NCBI GenBank assembly: GCA_964016885.1
Contig: OZ024741.1
Coordinates: forward strand, 256,742,001-256,806,000
DNA: 64,000 nucleotides
Direction: 5' to 3'
DNA from: Eledone cirrhosa
Taxonomy: Eukaryota
In this document: piece after piece, positions 56,701 through 64,000 of the stretch
How positions within the stretch are numbered: position 1 is the first letter of the stretch
Layout: every line of letters begins with the position of its first letter
Made by a program: the position numbers and the translations under genes
Notes under the pieces: model-generated
Told to the model about the DNA's origin: nothing
The model's input: only the letters and a program-made list of their open reading frames with translations
Databases searched by the model: none

Positions 56701-57690
56701 GTTTCGACTTACGAGTGTTTTGACTTACGAGTGTTCTGACTTACGAGTGTTCTGACTTACGAGTGTTTCGACTTACGAGTGTTCTGACTTACGAGTGTTC
56801 TGACTTACGAGTGTTCCGACTTACGAGTGTTTCGACTTACCAGTGTTTCGACTTACGAGTGTTTCGACTTACGAGTGTTTCGGCTTACGAGTGTTTTGAC
56901 TTACGAGTGTTCTGACTACGAGTGTTCTGACTTACGAGTGTTTCGGCTTATGAGTGTTTCGACTTACGAGTGTGTCGGCTTATGAGTGTTTCGACTTACG
57001 AGTGTTTCGGCTTACGATTGTTTCGACTTACGAGTGTTTCGACTTACGAGTGTTTCGACTTACGGGTGTTTCGACTTACGAGTGTTTCGACTACGAGTGT
57101 TTCGACTTACGAGTGTTTCGGCTTACGAGTGTTTCGACATACGGGTGTTTCGACTTACGGTGTTTCGGCTTACGAGTGTTTCGACTTACGAGTGTTCTGA
57201 CTTACGAGTGTTTCGGCTTACGAGTGTTTCGACTTACGAGTGTTTCGGCTTACGATTGTTTTGACTTACGAGTGTTTTGACTTACGGGTGTTTCGGCCTA
57301 CGAGTGTTTCGACTTACGAGTGTTCTGACTTACGAGTGCACTGACTTACGAGCGTTTCGGCTTACGAGTGTTTCGACTTAAGAGTGTTCTGACTTACGAG
57401 TGTTTCGACTTACGAGCGTTCCGACTTACGAGTGTTTCGGCTTACGAGTGTTCCGACTTACGAGTGTTTCGACTTACGAGTGTTTCGACTTACGAGCGTT
57501 TTGTCTTACGAGTGTTTTGACTTACGGTGTTTCTGCTTACGAGTGTTTCGACTTACGAGTGTTAAGACTTACGGGTGTTTTGACATACGAGTGTTTCGAC
57601 TTACGAGTGTTACGAGTGTTCTGACTTACGAGTGTTTCGACTTACGAGTGTTCTGACCTACGAGTGTTCTGACTTACGAGTGTTTCGACT
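38796..57690 (+). repeat. Higher-order repeat of ~5.6-5.7 kb, three copies (middle copy enlarged to 7.5 kb by an internal duplication)
   Basis: Matching ORFs at 38818/44482/51983 (offsets 5664, 7501), 41294/48889/54459 (7595, 5570) and 44170/51671/57400. The marker TTAAGGATG occurs at 38796, 44460 and 51961. Confidence 0.88.
44770..48630 (+). repeat. ~1.92-kb tandem duplication nested in the 5.6-kb repeat
   Basis: ORFs at 44800/46731 and 45151/47082 (offset 1931), and at 46160/48075 and 46510/48425 (offset 1915, one monomer less). Confidence 0.88.
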
Positions 57691-60600
57691 TACGAGTGTT
57701 TTGACTTACGGGTGTTTCGACTTACGAGTGTTTCGACTTACGAGTGTTTCGAGTTACGGGTGTTTCGACTTACGAGTGTTTTGACTTACGAGTGTTAAGA
57801 CTTACGGGTGTTTTGACATACGAGTGTTTCGATACGAGTGTTTCGACTTACGAGTGTTTTGACTTACGGGTGTTTCGACTTACGAGTGTTTCGACTTACG
57901 AGTGTTAAGACTTACGGGTGTTTTGACATACGAGTGCTTCGATACGAGTGTTTCGACTTACGAGTGTTTTGACTTACGGGTGTTTTGACATACGAGTGTT
58001 TCGATACGAGTGTTTCGACTACGAGTGTTTCGACTTACGAGTGTTTCGGCTTACGAGTGTTTCGACATACGGGTGTATCGATTTACGGTGTTTCGGCTTA
58101 CGAGTGTTTCGACTTACGAATGTTCTGACTTACGAGTGTTCTGACTTACGAGTGTTCTGACTTACGAGTGTTCTGACTTACGATTGTTCCGACTTACGAG
58201 TGTTTCGGCTTACGAGTGTTTCGGCTTACGAGTGTTTCGACTTACGAGTGTTTCGATTTACGAGTGTTTCGACTTACGAGTGCTTTGACTTACGGTGTTT
58301 CGGCTTACGAGTGTTTCGACTTACGAGTGTTTTGACTTACTGGTGTTTTGACATACGAGTGTTTCGATACGAGTGTTTCGACTTACGAGTGTTCTGACTT
58401 ACGAGTGTTCTGACGTAGGAGTGTTCTGACTTACGAGTGTTCTAACTTACGAGTGTTCTGACTTACGAGTGTTCTGACTTACGAGTGTTCCGACTTACGA
58501 GTGTTTCGGCTCACCAGTGTTTCGGCTTACGAGTGTTTCGACTTAGGAAAATAACAAATAGACGCGGTTTCAAATCTCTATGCTTTTCAAATTCATTACA
58601 TTAATCTTTATTTATACGTTTCGCTTTACGAGTGTTTCGACTTACGAGTGTTTCGACTTACGAGTGTTTTGGCTTACGATTGTTTTGACTTACGAGTGTT
58701 TTCACTTACGGGTGTTTCGGCTTACGAGTGTTTCGACTTACGTGTGTTCTGACTTACGAGTGTTCTGACTTACGAGTGTTTCGGCTTACGAGTGTTTCGA
58801 CTTACAAGTGCTTCGACTTACGAGTGTTTCGGCTTACGGGTGTTTCGACTTACGAATGTTTTTGCTTGCGAGTGTTTCGGCTTACGAGTGTTTCGGCTTA
58901 TGAGTGTTTCGACTTACAAGTGTTTTGACTACGAGTGTTTCGATACGAGTGTTCTGACTTACGAGTGTTTCCGCTTACGAGTGTTTCGGCTTACGAGTGT
59001 TTCGACTTACTAATGTTTTTACTTACGAGTGTTTCGGTGTACGAGTGTTTCGACTTAAGGATGTTTCGACTTACGAGTGTTTCGACTTACGAGTGTTTCG
59101 ACTTACGAGTGTTTCGACTTACGAGTGTTTTGGCTTACGAATGTTTTGACTTACGGGTGTTTCGACTTACGGGTGTTTCGACTTGCGAGTGTTTTGACTT
59201 ACGGGTGTTTTGATATACGAGTGTTTCGATACGAGTGTTCTGACTTACGAGTGTTCTGACTTACGAGTGTTCTGACTTACGAGTGTTCTGACTTACGAGT
59301 GTTCTGACTTACGAGTGTTCTGACTTACGAGTGTTCTGACTTACGAGTGTTCTGACATACGTGTGTTCTGACTTACGAGTGTTCCGATTTACGAGTGTTT
59401 CGGCTTATGAGTGTTTCGACTTACGAATGTTTTTGCTTACGGGTGTTTCGACTTACGAATGTTTTTGCTTACGAGTGTTTCGGCTTACGAGTGTTTCGAC
59501 TTACGAAAATAACAAATAGACGTGGTTTCAAATCTCTATGCTTTTCAAATTCATTACATTAATCTTTATTTACACGTTTCGCTTTACTAGTGTTTCGACT
59601 TACGAGTGTTTCGACTTACGAGTGTTTCGACTTACGAGTGTTTCGACTTACGAGTGTTTCGACTTACGAGTGTTTTGACTTACGAGTGTTCTGACTTACG
59701 AGTGTTCTGACTTACGAGTGTTTCGACTTACGAGTGTTCTGACTTACGAGTGTTCTGACTTACGAGTGTTCCGACTTACGAGTGTTTCGACTTACCAGTG
59801 TTTCGACTTACGAGTGTTTCGACTTACGAGTGTTTCGGCTTACGAGTGTTTTGACTTACGAGTGTTCTGACTACGAGTGTTCTGACTTACGAGTGTTTCG
59901 GCTTATGAGTGTTTCGACTTACGAGTGTGTCGGCTTATGAGTGTTTCGACTTACGAGTGTTTCGGCTTACGATTGTTTCGACTTACGAGTGTTTCGACTT
60001 ACGAGTGTTTCGACTTACGGGTGTTTCGACTTACGAGTGTTTCGACTACGAGTGTTTCGACTTACGAGTGTTTCGGCTTACGAGTGTTTCGACATACGGG
60101 TGTTTCGACTTACGGTGGTTCGGCTTACGAGTGTTTCGACTTACGAGTGTTCTGACTTACGAGTGTTTCGGCTTACGAGTGTTTCGACTTACGAGTGTTT
60201 CGGCTTACGATTGTTTTGACTTACGAGTGTTTTGACTTACGGGTGTTTCGGCCTACGAGTGTTTCGACTTACGAGTGTTCTGACTTACGAGTGCACTGAC
60301 TTACGAGCGTTTCGGCTTACGAGTGTTTCGACTTAAGAGTGTTCTGACTTACGAGTGTTTCGACTTACGAGCGTTCCGACTTACGAGTGTTTCGGCTTAC
60401 GAGTGTTCCGACTTACGAGTGTTTCGACTTACGAGTGTTTCGACTTACGAGCGTTTTGTCTTACGAGTGTTTTGACTTACGGTGTTTCTGCTTACGAGTG
60501 TTTCGACTTACGAGTGTTAAGACTTACGGGTGTTTTGACATACGAGTGTTTCGACTTACGAGTGTTACGAGTGTTCTGACTTACGAGTGTTTCGACTTAC

Positions 60601-60820
60601 GAGTGTTCTGACCTACGAGTGTTCTGACTTACGAGTGTTTCGACTTACGAGTGTTTTGACTTACGGGTGTTTCGACTTACGAGTGTTTCGACTTACGAGT
60701 GTTTCGAGTTACGGGTGTTTCGACTTACGAGTGTTTTGACTTACGAGTGTTAAGACTTACGGGTGTTTTGACATACGAGTGTTTCGATACGAGTGTTTCG
60801 ACTTACGAGTGTTTTGACTT
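54900..60820 (+). repeat. 2955-bp tandem duplication
   Basis: ORFs at 54993/57948, 55625/58580, 56954/59909 and 57432/60387, all offset 2955. Both copies share the private variant TTTTCACTTAC (near 55748 and 58703). Confidence 0.92.
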
Positions 60821-63800
60821 ACGGGTGTTTTGACATACGAGTGTTTCGATACGAGTGTTTCGAGTACGAGTGTTTCGACTTACGAGTGTTTCGGCTTACG
60901 AGTGTTTCGACATACGGGTGTTTCGATTTACGGTGTTTCGGCTTACGAGTGTTTCGACTTACGAATGTTCTGACTTACGAGTGTTCTGACTTACGAGTGT
61001 TCTGACTTACGAGTGTTCTGTCTTACGATTGTTCCGACTTACGAGTGTTTCGGCTTACGAGTGTTTCGGCTTACGAGTGTTTCTACTTACGAGTGTTTCG
61101 ATTTACGAGTGTTTCGACTTACGAGTGCTTTGACATACGAGTGTTTCGATACGAGTGTTTCGACTTACGAGTGTTCTGACTTACGAGTGTTCTGACTTAC
61201 GAGTGTTCTGACTTACGAGTGTTCTAACTTACGAGTGTTCTGACTTACGAGTGTTCTGACTTACGAGTGTTCCGACTTACGAGTGTTTCGGCTCACCAGT
61301 GTTTCGGCTTACGAGTGTTTCGACTTACGAAAATAACAAATAGACGCGGTTTCAAATCTCTATGCTTTTCAAATTCATTACATTAATCTTTATTTATACG
61401 TTTCGCTTTACGAGTGTTTCGACTTACGAGTGTTTCGACTTACGAGTGTTTCGGCTTACGATTGTTTTGACTTACGAGTGTTTTGACTTACGGGTGTTTC
61501 GGCTTACGAGTGTTTCGACTTACGAGTGTTCTGACTTACGAGTTTTCTGACTTACGAGTGTTTCGGCTTACGAGTGTTTCGACTTACGAGTGTTGTGACT
61601 TACGAGTGTTTCGACTTACGAGCGTTCCGACTTACGAGTGTTTCGGCTTACGAATGTTCCGACTTACGAGTGTTTCGACTTACGAGTGTTTCGACTTACG
61701 AGCGTTTTGACTTACGAGTGTTTTGACTTACGGTGTTTCTGCTTACGAGTGTTTCGACTTACGAGGGTTAAGACTTACGGGTGTTTTGACATACGAGTGT
61801 TTCGACTTACGAGTGTTACGAGTGTTCTGACTTACGAGTGTTTCGACTTACGAGTGTTCTGACCTACGAGTGTTCTGACTTACGAGTGTTTCGACTTACG
61901 AGTGTTTTGACTTACGGGTGTTTCGACTTACGAGTGTTTCGACTTACGAGTGTTCTGACCTACGAGTGTTCTGACTTACGAGTGTTCCTACTTACGAGTG
62001 TTTCGACTTACGAGTGTTTCGACTTGCGAGTGTTTCGACTTACGAATGTTCCGACTTACGAAAATAACAAATAGACGCGGTTTCAAATATCTATGCTTTT
62101 CAAATTCATTACATTAATCTTTATTTATACGTTTCGCTTTACGAGTGTTTCGGCGTACGAGTGTTTCGACTTACGAGTGTTTTAACTTACGGTTGTTTCG
62201 ACTTACGCGTGTTTCGACTACGAATGTTCCGACTTACGAGTGTTTCGACTTACGAGTGTTTCGACTTACGAGTGCTTCGACTTACGAATGTTTTGACTTA
62301 CTTCGACTTACGAGTGATCTGACTTACGAGTGTTCCTACTTACGAGTGTTCCGACTTACGTGTGTTTCGACTTACGAGTGTTTTGACTTACGGGTGTTTC
62401 GACTTACGAGTGTTTCGACTTACGAGTGTTTCGAGTTACGGGTGTTTCGACTTACGAGTGTTTTGACTTACGAGTGTTAAGACTTACGGGTGTTTTGACA
62501 TACGAGTGTTTCGATACGAGTGTTTCGACTTACGAGTGTTTTGACTTACGGGTGTTTTGACATACGAGTGTTTCGATTCGAGTGTTCTGACTTACGAGTG
62601 TTCTGACTTACGAGTGTTCTGACTTACGAGTGTTCTGACTTACGAGTGTTCCGACTTACGAGTGATCTGACTTACGAGTGTTCCTACTTACGAGTGTTTC
62701 GACTTACGAGTGTTTCGACTTGCGAGTGTTTCGACTTACGAATGTTCCGACTTACGAAAATAACAAATAGACGCCGTTTCAAATATCTATGCTTTTCAAA
62801 TTCATTACATTAATCTTTATTTATACGTTTCGCTTTACGAGTGTTTCGGCGTACGAGTGTTTCGACTTACGAGTGTTTTAACTTACGGTTGTTTCGACTT
62901 ACGCGTGTTTCGACTACGAATGTTCCGACTTACGAGTGTTTCGACTTACGAGTGTTTCGACTTACGAGTGCTTTGACTTACGAATGTTTTGACTTACTTC
63001 GACTTACGAGTGATCTGACTTACGAGTGTTCCTACTTACGAGTGTTTCGACTTACGAGTGTTTCGACTTGCGAGTGTTTCGACTTACGAGTGTTTCGACT
63101 TACGAAAATAACAAATAGACGCGGTTTCAAATCTCTATGCTTTTCAAATTCATTACATTAATCTTTATTTATACGTTTCGCTTTACGAGTGTTTCGAGTT
63201 ACGAGTGTCTCGACATACGAGTGATTCGGCTAACGAGTGTTTTGATTTACGAGTGTTTTGACTTACGGGTGCTTCGACTTACGCGTGTTTCGACTTACGA
63301 GTGTTTCGACTTACGAGTGTTTCGACTTACGATTGTTTCGGCTTACGAGTGTTTCGACTTACGAGTGTTCTAACTACGAGTGTTCTGACTTACGGGTGTT
63401 CTGACTTACGAGTGTTCCGACTTACGAGTGTTTCGGCTTATGAGTGTTTCGACTTACAAGTGCTTCGACTTACGAGTGTTTCGGCTTACGGGTGTTTCGA
63501 CTTACGAATGTTTTTGCTTACGAGTGTTTCGGCTTACGAGTGTTTCGGCTTATGAGTGTTTCGACTTACAAGTGTTTTGACTTACGGGTGTTTTGACATA
63601 CGAGTGTTTCGATACGAGTGTTCTGACTTACGAGTGTTTCCGCTTACGAGTGTTTCGGCTTACGAGTGTTTCGACTTACTAATGTTTTTACTTACGAGTG
63701 TTTCGGTGTACGAGTGTTTCGACTCAAGGATGTTTCGACTTACGAGTGTTTCGACTTACGAGTGTTTCGACTTACGAGTGTTTTGGCTTACGAATGTTTT

Positions 63801-64000
63801 GATTTACGGGTGTTTCGACTTACGGGTGTTTCGGCTTACGAGTGTTTCGACTTATGAGTGTTCCGACTTACGAGTGTTTCGATACGAGTGTTTCGACTTA
63901 CGAGTGTTCTGACTTACGAGTGTTCTGACTTACGAGTGTTCTAACTTACGAGTGTTCTGACTTACGAGTGTTCTGACTTACGAGTGTTCCGACTTACGAG

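Larger units (their letters stand above)
1..64000 (+). repeat. Satellite DNA array of a 16-bp monomer (consensus GACTTACGAGTGTTTC), head-to-tail, single orientation, running off both window ends
   Basis: TTACGAGTGT recurs every 16 bp throughout. Common variants are TTTCGA/TTTCGG/TTCTGA/TTTTGA/TTCCGA and ACGAG/ACGGG/ATGAG/ACGAA. There are also 15-bp (GACTACGA, TTACGGTG), 14-bp (TTCGATACGA) and 9-bp (GTGTTACGAGTG) deletion monomers. No inverted block was seen. Confidence 0.99.

Noticed and set aside
1760-63174. CRISPR-like repeat/spacer appearance
   Set aside because: There are no unique spacers: the intervening DNA is tandem satellite and the 69-bp unit is constant. No cas genes or leader are present.
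12-63912. Hundreds of plus-strand ORFs encoding RLTSVSTYECFDLRVF-like repeats
   Set aside because: The consensus 16-mer has no plus-strand stop, and 16 is not a multiple of 3, so all frames give the same 16-aa cycle. Most starts are GTG/TTG within the monomer and ORFs end at TGA-bearing variants. The minus strand is closed by TAA every 16 bp. These are artefacts.

Overview
The whole 64 kb window is a eukaryotic-type satellite DNA array, not a gene-containing region. It is a head-to-tail, single-orientation tandem repeat of a 16-bp CpG-rich monomer (consensus GACTTACGAGTGTTTC), roughly 3,600 copies estimated from length. The array is punctuated by about 58 copies (by-eye count) of a conserved 69-bp AT-rich spacer that falls into several sub-types. 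It is organised into nested higher-order duplications, with periods read from ORF-track offsets: 2726, ~695, 11985/11999, ~5.6 kb, 1931/1915 and 2955 bp. The only long non-satellite sequence is a ~735-bp island present twice (13608-14342 and 25593-26327). It holds a ~30-bp minisatellite, a 35-nt GC-cored hairpin next to CTAG motifs, and two diverged copies of a segment resembling the 5' end of a non-autonomous Helitron. The plus-strand ORFs are translation artefacts of the 16-mer, and no protein-coding gene, RNA gene or CRISPR array is supported. The most interesting hypothesis, which is inference only, is that the monomer plus spacer is an amplified sub-terminal repeat region of a pogo/Tigger-type transposon that became a higher-order, possibly (peri)centromeric, satellite. 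Higher-order repeat boundaries are approximate.
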